A DNA stretch of 64,000 nucleotides from a virus. Below, one piece after another: positions 19,640 to 30,414 of this stretch. Under the pieces are notes generated by a model. The model made no database searches and had not been told where the DNA came from. It was given only the letters and a program-made list of their open reading frames with translations. Both the position numbers and the translations under genes were made by a program. The stretch is taken from IMG/VR virus record IMGVR_UViG_3300031746_002125, positions 1 to 64,000 of that record. One strand, 5' to 3'. Position 1 is the stretch's first letter. Every line of letters begins with the position of its first letter.

Positions 19640-20766
19640 AGATATTTTCCTTTCTTTTCAAACCATTCATTAAAATTACTAGTATGCTTAGACGAGTTAC
19701 AATTTCTACACATTAGATTTAAATTTTTTAAATCAAACAAAGATATAATTTCTTCCTTTGTTTTTGCTCTCTTTAATGGAATAACATGATCTATAGACAA
19801 TACACGTTCGTTATAGGAAATATGACAAATCGGGCATCTATTGTCCTGTAATTTTTTAATATTGTCCAAGTATTTATATAATTGTCTTCTGTTGTAAGGC
19901 AACAACTTCCACAAATTAGAATAACGATATTCTCTTTTAAAACACTTGCTAATAATTCCCCTTAATCTATTTTCAAGTTTATGCGAGAAAGAACAACAAC
20001 AAACCGAACAGACCAGGACATTATATTTGGTCTTATAATGTTTTGTATTGCCATGTTTTTTGCAAACAGCAATTATTTTACCATTTTGATCTATTCCTAC
20101 TATTTCTTTTGGACCATATTGATTTTTATATTTTGTCTTAAGCCCCAAAATATTGGCTTTTGATATAACAGATCTTATTCCCCTATTTAATTCATTACAG
20201 CAAAACTTAGATCCTTTTAAATAATAATTATTTTTTAAAAATTCTAATTCTTCATTGGTCCATGGATCTACAATATTTCTTATTGGTTCTATTTCTCTGC
20301 ACCAAGTAGACACAGATGCCCTACTAGCACCCAATTTTTTAGCTATATTCGCAAATGTTAATCCATGTTCTTTTCTTAATTTAATTGCTTCTATTTTTAG
20401 GTTATCATCAAAAGATTTTGCAGGATTGTTTTTATTTAGTTTAAATTTTTGCTCTTCGGTTAATACAACATCTCTGGTGTGTTTGCTAATTGATCCAACA
20501 TTTATTCCTGTGATATTTCTTATTTGATAATAAGATAATCCTTGCTGTCTCAATTCTCTAATTTGATTCCGCAAAGGTTCATTAATAATAATATTTTTTT
20601 TATTTTTAATATACATTTTATATCTTTGTTCATCTGTCATTTTTACATTTTTAGTATATCTAACAACAGTGGATCTATCTACTTTAACGATACTAGAAAT
20701 CTCTTGCTGAGATAATCCATCTTTCCTTAATTCAACAATTCTATCCCTAGCTTCCTGACTGATCAT
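19612..20766 (-). CDS. HTH-repeat HNH homing endonuclease
   Basis: Three HTH units; CPIC..SIDHVIPL..NLNLMCRNCNSSK. Confidence 0.85.
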   Translation of the reverse strand: MISQEARDRIVELRKDGLSQQEISSIVKVDRSTVVRYTKNVKMTDEQRYKMYIKNKKNIIINEPLRNQIRELRQQGLSYYQIRNITGINVGSISKHTRDVVLTEEQKFKLNKNNPAKSFDDNLKIEAIKLRKEHGLTFANIAKKLGASRASVSTWCREIEPIRNIVDPWTNEELEFLKNNYYLKGSKFCCNELNRGIRSVISKANILGLKTKYKNQYGPKEIVGIDQNGKIIAVCKKHGNTKHYKTKYNVLVCSVCCCSFSHKLENRLRGIISKCFKREYRYSNLWKLLPYNRRQLYKYLDNIKKLQDNRCPICHISYNERVLSIDHVIPLKRAKTKEEIISLFDLKNLNLMCRNCNSSKHTSNFNEWFEKKGKYLCQKNSMNL

Positions 20767-20859
20767 CCCTTAAACCGCCTCCAAAAATTAAAAAAATGTC
20801 CATACGACGTATTTGCCATCGCACACCCCAACATAACCCCAAATATATAATAATATATT

Positions 20860-22938
20860 TTATTCCTCAGAATTCATCAACGCCCAAGCGCTCGCAGCCA
20901 ATGATCTAATTTCTTTAAATACCGGAACCCTATTTTTAATTGTAGTATAATCGTTTTTTAATTCTTTGAAAATATTATAAAAATCATTTACCTTGCTATT
21001 ATCTGTCTCGCCGATTATTTTATCAATCTCGTCCTTATTTAATATACTATTATGATTTAAATTAGATAAAACAATAAATTTGATATTATTAAGTTCTTCT
21101 TTTTGGTCTTTTCCGAGACTTCTTATATTTTTTATTTTATTTTTATTTAAGAATATAGGATCAACCAACTCGTCTAATTGGTCCATAAAATCTTCTGCGA
21201 CCGTCCTTAAAATCGAAAGAACTTTTGGCGTGCGGACCTTTCTTGTTTTCAAATCTTTTGTGTTCCGGGGTCTTCCGGGACTTGTTATTCCTTCTTTCCT
21301 TGGCTGGTCTCCTCCGAGATTCTCCCCTCCTCCTTTTAAGCCTTCTAATTCAATCTGAGTTTGTCGTTGATGTTCCATAAGGCTCACAGGGCGATAATAT
21401 GGATTTGCCTTCTCAAGCAGTCCAGGATCTTTCTCCCTAATTCCGTTTTCAAATCTCATATTTTCTAATTCTATTTCAAAATCTTTTCCAAACACTTTTT
21501 GAACCGTTTCAACAGATACTATATTTCTGTCAAGCAATTGAATAACAAGAGATTTTTCCGCTACTTCGTCACGAAGAGACATGGTTTGAAATATCACGCG
21601 AGGAATCTTTTTAAATTGCATCGCATCAGCAACTAACTGTAATTCATTTTCAATCCAGGTGATGCATTTTAATCTAACATATTCCAGTCTTTCTACTAGT
21701 GTTTTTAACTGTACAAAAATGGTTTGTGAACTTCCGCTATTTGAATCACCTCCACCTATTAGAGAATCCGGTATCCCCAGCCCTCTTATTATATCTTTGT
21801 TAACGGATTCGTATTTTGCTGATCCGAGAATTTTATCTATGGGAGGATAATCTATTTTAAAATCAATCATATCATCCCAAACAAGATCCAGCACGCCTCC
21901 TCCAACATTGTGTTGAAGAATATTTATTAATTTGTTTACGGCGGCGGGCGTAGGAAATATTTGTTTATCTGAGTTGCCAAGTTTCCATAATCTAACGGCA
22001 TTAACAACACCGTCTAAAGCCGCCATATCCGCTTGCTTCATTTTATCTTTTAATAGAACTTCTTCTATAATCCCCATTAAAAATGGAGTTCCCCAGTCTT
22101 CCCAATCATCTTTTTTATAATAATCAACATAAATTTTATCTGGATCAAGAGCTATTAATTTGGTTCCTTTTTTAACGGCTTGTATAATTTCTATTGGAAG
22201 CATTTTAATAAATTCTTTTTCGGATTTTGTTTTAGGATTATTAATTGATTGAGCCAGTTCTGTAGAAATTCTCATTGCTAAAGATTGATTTCCAAAATAT
22301 CTACCTACAGCACCACCAATTTTTTCAATCATGGTTGGAGATAAAAATACATAACTCCATGGGATTTCTCTTTTATTTATTTTTGTATTATCTGGACCTA
22401 TTACCTCTGGTTGTTCACTAAATTTTCTTTCATCAACGGGTTCAGTATTATAATAATCTGCTTTGCTCATATCTTTGACGAGTGATCTTTTAATAATTGC
22501 TGTTTTTCTTCGAATGATCACGTTTGCGTCTCGCATTAAATATTTCATAAAATCATTGGCGCGAGATTCGAGATTAACTTTTTTTGCCCATTCTTTGTAA
22601 AATCTCTCTTGGCTTTTTATTGGATGTCGAAGGTCTAAACCTTCCGAAGCAAAGTCGCTCATTAAATCAATAATGTTTCTTATTAACCCATTTTTCTTAT
22701 AGATAGCCTGAGTAAGTTGAATTATTTCAGAGTGCGTTGTCGGCACCCTGTCTTCAGGACGGAAACGGTCTGTGTCCCAACGATTAAAGCCTGCCTTTAA
22801 ATTGATCTCGCGGGTACTATTGCCTATACTTCTTCCGCCCCCGCGACTTAAAAAACACGCCTCCGGAAGACTATAGTTTTCTAATTTGCCATCTGTTTGA
22901 TAGAGATTTTCTGGCTTTTTTATTTCTTCTTTGTCCAT
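20860..22938 (-). CDS. Portal protein
   Basis: 692 aa between TerL and protease; helical; YKKDDWEDWG.P. Confidence 0.75.
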   Translation of the reverse strand: MDKEEIKKPENLYQTDGKLENYSLPEACFLSRGGGRSIGNSTREINLKAGFNRWDTDRFRPEDRVPTTHSEIIQLTQAIYKKNGLIRNIIDLMSDFASEGLDLRHPIKSQERFYKEWAKKVNLESRANDFMKYLMRDANVIIRRKTAIIKRSLVKDMSKADYYNTEPVDERKFSEQPEVIGPDNTKINKREIPWSYVFLSPTMIEKIGGAVGRYFGNQSLAMRISTELAQSINNPKTKSEKEFIKMLPIEIIQAVKKGTKLIALDPDKIYVDYYKKDDWEDWGTPFLMGIIEEVLLKDKMKQADMAALDGVVNAVRLWKLGNSDKQIFPTPAAVNKLINILQHNVGGGVLDLVWDDMIDFKIDYPPIDKILGSAKYESVNKDIIRGLGIPDSLIGGGDSNSGSSQTIFVQLKTLVERLEYVRLKCITWIENELQLVADAMQFKKIPRVIFQTMSLRDEVAEKSLVIQLLDRNIVSVETVQKVFGKDFEIELENMRFENGIREKDPGLLEKANPYYRPVSLMEHQRQTQIELEGLKGGGENLGGDQPRKEGITSPGRPRNTKDLKTRKVRTPKVLSILRTVAEDFMDQLDELVDPIFLNKNKIKNIRSLGKDQKEELNNIKFIVLSNLNHNSILNKDEIDKIIGETDNSKVNDFYNIFKELKNDYTTIKNRVPVFKEIRSLAASAWALMNSEE

Positions 22939-22970
22939 AAATAATTCCTAATTCAATTGCAATGCAATCA

Positions 22971-23918
22971 CTATCCTATTGATACACAATTATTAAAATA
23001 TTCTTTCTTTTTATTCCATTCGTGTAAATTATTATCATTTTTACTAGAATTACAATTTTTACATAATAATGAAAGATTTTTTAAATCAAATAAATCTATA
23101 ATTTCTTTTTCGGTTTTGGCCGTTGCAAGAGGAATGATATGATCTATACTTATTTTACATTTATCGTAACAAACTTTGCACGATGGACATTTATTATTTT
23201 GTAATTTTTTAATATTTTCAAGATGATTAAATAAATCCTTAATGCCATAGCTCAGGTGACGAAAACACCCCTTGGTTTTTAAAGCATTGTTTTTTGATAT
23301 TCTTTTAAGGCCGTCTCCCATGCGATGCCTTAAATTGTGTGCAAATTTATTAATTGGATTTTCTAACCATTTTTTACGCCACTTTCTTTCCCTTTCTTTT
23401 CTTTTAATTCTTATTTCCTCTATTTCATCTCTTTTTTTAGCACAAAATTTTGCACACAATTGACATCTCAAACCATTATTCTTCTTATTTATTTGATGTT
23501 TACATATTCCGTGCTTAGGACAAGAGGCTAATGCGACCGTTTTACTGAGTAGATTGATTATTTCTCTGGGGCGTTTCCCATCTCTATATTTTGTATGCAA
23601 ACCAAGACGATTAATTTTATGCCTAGTTCTATATATAGATTTTTTTAATTTATTGGCACACCAAGTTGCGCCCTTTTCCGGATAAAATTCTGTTAGAATA
23701 TTCACCTCGGCTTTTGTCCAACTGGTTTTTTGTTCTATGTTAAAACATCCACAACTTTTTGTATTTCCATTTTGTAAACAATATCCTAAAATTACTTTTT
23801 CGTTTCCGCAATCGCACCTACATAACCATAGATATTGTCCATGACTATTTTTCCCACAACATTTAATCGGAGTCAATCTTCCAAATTTTTTCCCTGTTAA
23901 ATCAATTAATTTACCCAC
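22971..23918 (-). CDS. HNH homing endonuclease
   Basis: GTG start just after the TerL stop; DLTGKKFGRL..WLCRCDCG; SIDHIIPL..CKNCNSSK. Confidence 0.85.
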   Translation of the reverse strand: MGKLIDLTGKKFGRLTPIKCCGKNSHGQYLWLCRCDCGNEKVILGYCLQNGNTKSCGCFNIEQKTSWTKAEVNILTEFYPEKGATWCANKLKKSIYRTRHKINRLGLHTKYRDGKRPREIINLLSKTVALASCPKHGICKHQINKKNNGLRCQLCAKFCAKKRDEIEEIRIKRKERERKWRKKWLENPINKFAHNLRHRMGDGLKRISKNNALKTKGCFRHLSYGIKDLFNHLENIKKLQNNKCPSCKVCYDKCKISIDHIIPLATAKTEKEIIDLFDLKNLSLLCKNCNSSKNDNNLHEWNKKKEYFNNCVSIG

Positions 23919-23919
23919 T

Positions 23920-26031
23920 TTAAATTTTTTCTCCTTGTTTAATCCCCCCCAGCGCGTCGGAATATTTCTTTTTGTTCGTATTCTCCATTGCTCCACAACC
24001 TGCTCCTCGATAAAGTCCGTGGTTTGGGTTTGTCTTTATGAGTTGGAAGTTGCCCGGAACATCATCATAGCTTATCGGCATTGTTGGTGCAGCATCTATG
24101 GTGTAAACGTACTTGTGGGCGATCAATAGTGACGTGTACCTATCTTTCCTCAATCTACCCTTCTTCTGCCTGCCCTCCATAATCGCTCCTGTTATGACGC
24201 TAGGGGTCGAGAAATGTTCTTTCCCACTTGGGGTCTCGCTACGTTGGATGGTGCAAATTTCATTCTTTAATTCCTCAATATTATAAATATTTTCTTCGTA
24301 TGTGTCATTAGTAATATTAAGAGCCTTTTCAGCAATTAAAGAAGATTGCATGATAGTGACATCAAAGGCCGGAAACAATAATCTTTTTGTCTCAAATGAT
24401 TTGTGAAGAGCAGCGTTTGCATAAGCATTGAATTCCGAAGTAGGTTGAACGAGATGTAAAATATGCGGCCCATCCGTTTCACCATCGGTAGGTTTCAAAT
24501 GATCCACATCAATAATCTCGTAAACGGGAACCTCCCCCTTTTCTTTGTCGAGTCCCTTTTTTGATCGTAGCATTTCAGAAATTGGATATCCGCATCCCTG
24601 ACTATCCATTTCAATTCTAATTGGTTCAAATAATCTAATCAATTCTCTAATTTTTGAACAACAATAATCATAATAATCTATTTTTTCATCTATTAAACCA
24701 CCCTTTTTCTTTTTATTAAATTCTGGTTTATTTATAGCCCAACAATAAACAACCCTGTAATGATTAGGCCATGCTTCTAAAATGGTGATACCAAATCTGT
24801 CGCTTTCTGCTCCGGGGTCTATTCCAAAAATATATTTTCTTCCTCTAATTCCTCGCATCATTGGCGTAAAGATAACTTCGCCATCCGGTGTCATTATAGA
24901 TTTATTCGGAGTTGTGGTGCATGATTCAATTAAACTTCTACAAAAATAACCGTCCGAATCTTTAACAAATAATCCTTCGTACTCCATTAAATAGATATTC
25001 TTTGGAAGTGTAGCCTTCGCATTAGCCAACATTCTTTTGTCAAGCAAACCTTCTGGCAAAAAAGAACTGGGTATTCTAATTATTGCATAATCTTTATAAT
25101 TAAAATTCTTGGGAATATTATTAAATCCACCAAATATTTCTGATATTTTGTTAATGTCTCCTTTGCTTTCTATTATTTTTTTCCACATATCAAATTTTTG
25201 TGCGAAATGATTAAATTGATAATATGCGGTTCCAGCACATATTATTTGATTTCCATCTTTTTGTGGTTCAATAATTTGTTGTTTTATATCATCGTTTATA
25301 TTCAATGCTTTTAATCTTTTTTCTATAGCTAAATGTTTTGCGGTATCAACAGGAGTTTTAGTTGTCGAAGCAAACCCCTGAACCACAGTGTTAAAAATCT
25401 CCTCTGGAATTGATGAATATTCATCGGCTATAATTGTTGAAGCTCTAAATCCCCTAATTTTTTCTCCCGTTCCTAGTGGCAATGCAGTTATTATAGATTG
25501 CCCAATACGAAAATAACAGAGATCAACATTTTGGCGCGGACCAGCAGTTTTTCCTCCACCGATAATACTACGTAAAACGGGAGCGTTGCTCCATATTGTT
25601 TCTATATAACTAAATACAATCCTTGCTTGGCGCAAGCCTGCTCCAATAATTACAACTTTACTTCCTTGGTCAAGAAGTGCTCTTAAAATTGCATATGTAG
25701 CAAGACAAAAGCTTTTTGCGCCACCTCTCGCCGCAACAAGCAAAGGAAGTGGTGTTTTCCAAAGTATTTGAAGAATTGCAATCTGATAAGGAAAAAGCTC
25801 GATGTTAAGAATATATTTTGCAGTCCACGCTATATTGTCTATATTAAGCATTTCTTTAACGATATATTTATCTAAACGTTCACCAGAAGTTTTTAGGTCA
25901 GAAAAAATATGCTCGTCGATTATCGGGGTAGTTTCTCTGTATGGAAAAAGATAAGAAAATTCACCCTGATACCCAGTAAGAATATCTTGTATTTCAGCAG
26001 AAATTTCTTGTTTTATTCCGATATTATCCAT
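23920..26031 (-). CDS. terL: Terminase large subunit
   Basis: PYQ, Walker A ARGGAKS, KIRGFRASTIIADE Walker B, nuclease GIDP..D..KDRY. Confidence 0.9.
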   Translation of the reverse strand: MDNIGIKQEISAEIQDILTGYQGEFSYLFPYRETTPIIDEHIFSDLKTSGERLDKYIVKEMLNIDNIAWTAKYILNIELFPYQIAILQILWKTPLPLLVAARGGAKSFCLATYAILRALLDQGSKVVIIGAGLRQARIVFSYIETIWSNAPVLRSIIGGGKTAGPRQNVDLCYFRIGQSIITALPLGTGEKIRGFRASTIIADEYSSIPEEIFNTVVQGFASTTKTPVDTAKHLAIEKRLKALNINDDIKQQIIEPQKDGNQIICAGTAYYQFNHFAQKFDMWKKIIESKGDINKISEIFGGFNNIPKNFNYKDYAIIRIPSSFLPEGLLDKRMLANAKATLPKNIYLMEYEGLFVKDSDGYFCRSLIESCTTTPNKSIMTPDGEVIFTPMMRGIRGRKYIFGIDPGAESDRFGITILEAWPNHYRVVYCWAINKPEFNKKKKGGLIDEKIDYYDYCCSKIRELIRLFEPIRIEMDSQGCGYPISEMLRSKKGLDKEKGEVPVYEIIDVDHLKPTDGETDGPHILHLVQPTSEFNAYANAALHKSFETKRLLFPAFDVTIMQSSLIAEKALNITNDTYEENIYNIEELKNEICTIQRSETPSGKEHFSTPSVITGAIMEGRQKKGRLRKDRYTSLLIAHKYVYTIDAAPTMPISYDDVPGNFQLIKTNPNHGLYRGAGCGAMENTNKKKYSDALGGIKQGEKI

Positions 26032-26516
26032 CTATCCTTTTCTTTTCTTACAACAGACTCAAAAATACTTTGTGCATATTGTCTTCCTGTATTCCCAACA
26101 GGAACAATATGAACATCATATTCAACACCAAGAGATGTAAGCCACTGAACGATTGCTTTTCCCGGTACTCCACGGGTAAATTGAGGTGGACTAAGATTGA
26201 AAATATCGGTTGTTAATTGTCCCTCTATTAGAATATATTTATATTTTATTCCTCTCATTCGTTCCATTTCTTCTTCAAACAAATCTCTTTTCCCATAATT
26301 TACCCAGATCTCGCTAAAATCTGCTTTTCTTTCAATAGCTAAAATATCGGTGTAACCTTTCAGAGAATAGTCTCCCGTCTTTAATGTTGCAATTTCCATT
26401 CCGAGACAACGAGGTGGACGCCTTTCTGGTTTGTGGGCCTTAAATTCCCAACCAAAGCCCTCTTTATCACGCGAATCCCTCATAACCATATATTCTGGCA
26501 ACACCAATCTACCCAT
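26013..26516 (-). CDS. ERCC4-domain nuclease
   Basis: DSRDK..LKTGDYS..IERK motif. Confidence 0.85.
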   Translation of the reverse strand: MGRLVLPEYMVMRDSRDKEGFGWEFKAHKPERRPPRCLGMEIATLKTGDYSLKGYTDILAIERKADFSEIWVNYGKRDLFEEEMERMRGIKYKYILIEGQLTTDIFNLSPPQFTRGVPGKAIVQWLTSLGVEYDVHIVPVGNTGRQYAQSIFESVVRKEKDRWIISE

Positions 26517-27417
26517 TATCCGACTCCTCTTCTATAATATCTTCTCCGTCTAATATAAGTGGTTCGAACGATCCGTCAGACAATTCTTGCGGTTTGCGCC
26601 AATTTTCTTTTATATCATCCGACGCTATCTTTGTCAAACTTGCGTAACGGCCCTGCTTTGTTCTCTCGGCCTCGGAAGATTGGAGAATCGCAACAAGATT
26701 AAAAAACGATTCTTTTCCACCTCTTAATTCATCAATCCTGTCTTTTCTGGTTGCCGCCAAATTTGAATATATTTTATCGCGCCCCGTAACAAGTTTATCA
26801 TATCTTTCACTTACTTTTGCAAAATCGGATCTTTTCTGGTCAAGTAATCTATATTGTTGAATCCTTAATTGTTTTACATCCTTGTCTTCATCCTCTTTAA
26901 TTGGATTATTAGCAGACCATCCGGTCAATTCTGTTATTTCTTCTTGAAAAGATTTCATTAAAATAAGTTGTCTGTTTATAAGAATTCTATGTTTCAAAAA
27001 TTCATCGAGTTGAAAATATTCGCTCATTACTAAATCAGAAAATTGAACGCACAAATTACCATATTCTTCTATATACACGTCTATCTCATCATCAGTAAAT
27101 TGGCTTTTTAAAATAATATAGAGATGACTTTCTTTGAAGCGTTTTCTAAACCATTCCGCCTGTTCTGAATCTCCCAGACCTGGGGGAGGAATGGAGAATG
27201 CTTTTGTTATTTCTTTTGTAGGGGAAACGGATTCTATTTTTTTATTAATTCCAAGTTTTCTTCTAGTTCTTCTTATTGTCTCCAAATTCCACTTATAATT
27301 ATAGTGATGTAAAAGTTCTTCTTGTATTTTTTTGTCTGGAACACCATCTTTACATAACTTAATACATAATTCAAGTGCTTTCGGGTTATTACTTAGTTTT
27401 TGAAAAATTTCAGGCAT
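26509..27417 (-). CDS. Putative terminase small subunit
   Basis: N-terminal HTH plus coiled coil upstream of TerL; positional inference. Confidence 0.45.
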   Translation of the reverse strand: MPEIFQKLSNNPKALELCIKLCKDGVPDKKIQEELLHHYNYKWNLETIRRTRRKLGINKKIESVSPTKEITKAFSIPPPGLGDSEQAEWFRKRFKESHLYIILKSQFTDDEIDVYIEEYGNLCVQFSDLVMSEYFQLDEFLKHRILINRQLILMKSFQEEITELTGWSANNPIKEDEDKDVKQLRIQQYRLLDQKRSDFAKVSERYDKLVTGRDKIYSNLAATRKDRIDELRGGKESFFNLVAILQSSEAERTKQGRYASLTKIASDDIKENWRKPQELSDGSFEPLILDGEDIIEEESDNG

Positions 27418-27952
27418 TGAGATATTCCCATAATGAACTAGTATTTTTTATTGGAAATGATAGCCGACTATTTCTTTTGTTGTTGTTCTGCTCTTTTTTA
27501 GTTCTCCATTGACAATTTTTTGGAGAATATCCTTCTTTTAATTTATAATTATCTATTCTATCTAAAGATTTTCCAATTGGTCTTTCTCCCATGTCGGAAA
27601 GAAAATTTATAAACCCATTGTTTTTTGGCAACCATCTATTGCAAACAGTAATTCCACGTCCACCATAATCTTTATAATTTGGGCATTTTGAATCTGTACA
27701 CCTTTGAACCATTTGACTCCACGAAATATGCGTAGGAGATTTAAGCCCGGTTCTTGCATGACCATGTTTTATTTTTTCTTTATATAGACACCCACAACTT
27801 CTTGTGCCTCCGTCCTTTAAATGATTGCTACTAACTATCTTTTCATTACCACAATCACACTTGCACAACCAAGTTGCGTTTCTACTAGAATCTGTTCCCA
27901 CTCTTTTTCTAGCTACTAATTTTCCGAATCTTTTCCCAGTCAAATCATTCAT
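27410..27952 (-). CDS. HNH-type homing endonuclease
   Basis: [36 protein letters not shown]. Confidence 0.85.
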   Translation of the reverse strand: MNDLTGKRFGKLVARKRVGTDSSRNATWLCKCDCGNEKIVSSNHLKDGGTRSCGCLYKEKIKHGHARTGLKSPTHISWSQMVQRCTDSKCPNYKDYGGRGITVCNRWLPKNNGFINFLSDMGERPIGKSLDRIDNYKLKEGYSPKNCQWRTKKEQNNNKRNSRLSFPIKNTSSLWEYLNA

Positions 27953-28487
27953 TATTGATCTCTTTTAAAATCAACGATATATAATCTCGAACCTCTTGTA
28001 ATAGACTTTTTTTAATTTTTTTGCCATCTAAAAGATCCTTAAATGGTTCGACAAGATGCGAAGGTAAATTATTAAGAATAAGTTCTTTAGTATCTTCTGC
28101 TTCAAGACTAAGAAATGGATCTGCCTCTGGAGATGACGAAGCTAAAAATTTAGTTTTATCTGAAACACGAACATTATCTATAGAGACTGCGTTCACAAGA
28201 TTAATTCGGTTTTGCGTAAGATGCTGGTTATTTATATCTGGTCTAAAATATTTATCTCTTTTAAGATTTTTAAGTCTATTTGTAACATGAGAATTGAGAT
28301 AGTGTTCCAGTTCTCCGCATTCGGGTCTGTATCTAGAAAGTGCGTCTAAACATAAAACCCATATTTCTTGATATATGTCTGAAGGATCAAAATATGCAAA
28401 TTTATGTTTTTGTTTTCTGGATTTCGCTATTTTATTTATTATCGGTTGGGCTTTTGTTAACAATTCTTGTGATATTTTCGTCTTCAT
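27945..28487 (-). CDS. Sigma70-family (region 2) factor-like protein
   Basis: DIYQE..L.ALSRY..LEHYL..NRLKNLKRD. Confidence 0.65.
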   Translation of the reverse strand: MKTKISQELLTKAQPIINKIAKSRKQKHKFAYFDPSDIYQEIWVLCLDALSRYRPECGELEHYLNSHVTNRLKNLKRDKYFRPDINNQHLTQNRINLVNAVSIDNVRVSDKTKFLASSSPEADPFLSLEAEDTKELILNNLPSHLVEPFKDLLDGKKIKKSLLQEVRDYISLILKEINNE

Positions 28488-28623
28488 CTTTTTTTAGCGC
28501 CTTGTCCTCAAACACCTCTTCAATATTAAAATTTTTGTCATCCTCTTGTTTTAAATCATCCAATACCTTGGCGCTTGCTGATTGCGTTTCTTTTACAGTT
28601 AGATTGCATTTCAATTTGGTCAT
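28432..28623 (-). CDS. Small hypothetical protein, first gene of late operon
   Basis: ATG 5 nt after GTGTATAAC. Confidence 0.5.
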   Translation of the reverse strand: MTKLKCNLTVKETQSASAKVLDDLKQEDDKNFNIEEVFEDKALKKDEDENITRIVNKSPTDNK

Positions 28624-28781
28624 ATAAAGTTATACACCAAGATAGTCCTATAATATAGTAGTTCATTTCTATAATTTTGTTTCATAAAAATTCGAGAATT
28701 GCGTATAATGCAAAGGAATAATGTATGTAAACAGGAAAGTTAAAGATATGCTTTATTATTTGTTCTTATTAAGAAATACTT

Positions 28782-29180
28782 ATGAATCCTATTTTTGAAC
28801 TTATTTTAGTCAAGAATACTTTACCGTACCTTTTTCCATACTCTATAATAGCAAAGACTATAACAGGGAATAATGGTCTTTATGTAGAACGATCACGAAT
28901 TATTGGAAATTATAAAAATCAAGTAATAGCTGAAAAGGCCAAGAAAAATTTCGAACACCTTTTAATAAACGAAATTTTGCCTCCAGAATTCGAAGATTAT
29001 AAACAGTGGCAAAATTGTAAAAGAACTCCTTATGATAGTTTTTCGGACAATTTATCGCACATTAAACATCCAGAATGGTATAATCCAATAAAAGCCCTAG
29101 AAAAAAGAATGAAAAGTGGTAAAGAGGGGGATTTGCCACCAAAATTACCGCCATCAAAAAAAAGAAAGATTATATTATAA
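28782..29180 (+). CDS. Hypothetical protein
   Basis: 132-aa ORF starting the plus-strand block. Confidence 0.6.
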   Translation: MNPIFELILVKNTLPYLFPYSIIAKTITGNNGLYVERSRIIGNYKNQVIAEKAKKNFEHLLINEILPPEFEDYKQWQNCKRTPYDSFSDNLSHIKHPEWYNPIKALEKRMKSGKEGDLPPKLPPSKKRKIIL

Positions 29181-29181
29181 A

Positions 29182-29880
29182 ATGATAAATTTAATTTGTG
29201 GAAAATTTGAAGAAATAGAAATTAAAGATAAAATCAATTTGTCTTTCCATGATTTTCCCGATAATGAAAAAGTTAAATATGAAAATTATGACGACAATTT
29301 AAAAATTGATGATTATATTAATTTATTAAATACATGGATAAAAAAAGCTTGTTTAATTACTTCTGGACCCGTATTCATAAGTTTTTCACAAAAATATACA
29401 TATTTTATAGAACAAATAATTGTTAATAATAATATTTCATTAATACAAAGAATTTACTGGCACTTCACCTTCGGCCAAGCTAATAAAAGACGCTATACAC
29501 CAAGTTTACGTCCGATATACTGGCTTAACTCCAATATAATTTATGAAGATAAAATAAAAATTGCCTCTATGCGTATAATCAAATATAAAGATAAGAGGGC
29601 TAATCCTTTAGGAAAGCTTCCAGATAATATGTGGGAATTCCCAAGAGTGTGCGGGACTTTTAAACAGAAAAGAAAGTGGCATAAAAATCAATTCCCAGAA
29701 GAATTAATGGAAAGAATAATATTGGGGCATAGTAAAGAAAATGAAGTCGTATGTGACGGCTTTGTTGGGAGCGGAACCACGGCAATAGTTTGTAAAAGAT
29801 TAAATAGGAACTGTATAGGAATAGACTGTAGCCAATTCTACTTAGATAAAGTAAAAGAAGAATTACAAAAAATAAAATAA
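29182..29880 (+). CDS. N4-C/N6-A DNA methyltransferase (beta class)
   Basis: Motif IV variant DFPDN; H.NQFPEEL..; motif I DGFVGSGTT; GID. Confidence 0.85.
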   Translation: MINLICGKFEEIEIKDKINLSFHDFPDNEKVKYENYDDNLKIDDYINLLNTWIKKACLITSGPVFISFSQKYTYFIEQIIVNNNISLIQRIYWHFTFGQANKRRYTPSLRPIYWLNSNIIYEDKIKIASMRIIKYKDKRANPLGKLPDNMWEFPRVCGTFKQKRKWHKNQFPEELMERIILGHSKENEVVCDGFVGSGTTAIVCKRLNRNCIGIDCSQFYLDKVKEELQKIK

Positions 29881-29895
29881 AAGAAATATTAATTT

Positions 29896-30414
29896 ATGGG
29901 TACATATAAAAATACTCAAATTGAATCTCGGCATTTAATAGAATATAAAAATAAGTTCTGGTCAAAGGTTAATAAAAAAACAGAAAAAGATTGTTGGGAA
30001 TGGATAAGCTGGAAGACTAGGGGAAAATGGAGATATGGAATATTTCAAATACATACAAAAAATCAAAAAATGCAAATTAGGGCACATCGTGCTTCTTGGT
30101 ATTATTTTTATGGAGTTCTTCCTTCTTCGGATATATTTGTGTGTCATAGTTGCGATAACCCATCTTGTGTGAATCCATCACATTTATTTTTAGGAACGCC
30201 CAAAGATAATACACAGGATATGGTAAATAAAAAACGAAGTCCTCTTGGCATTAAAAACGGTAAAACTAAACTAAACGAATTACAAATTAAAATAATAAAA
30301 TATTTATTAAAAGATGGATATTTGACACAAAGAGAAATTGGAGAAATATTTGATGTATCTCAAAGTACAATCTGGCAAATAGCTAATCGTGTAACATGGA
30401 AGGATGTAGAATAA
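29896..30414 (+). CDS. HNH homing endonuclease
   Basis: FWSKV..CWEW..AHR..VCHSCDNPSCVNPSHLFLGT.KDN. Confidence 0.9.
   Translation: MGTYKNTQIESRHLIEYKNKFWSKVNKKTEKDCWEWISWKTRGKWRYGIFQIHTKNQKMQIRAHRASWYYFYGVLPSSDIFVCHSCDNPSCVNPSHLFLGTPKDNTQDMVNKKRSPLGIKNGKTKLNELQIKIIKYLLKDGYLTQREIGEIFDVSQSTIWQIANRVTWKDVE

Noticed and set aside
15330-26031. Introns or inteins in capsid, portal or terminase genes
   Set aside because: ORFs are continuous and of ordinary size; the endonucleases lie between genes.
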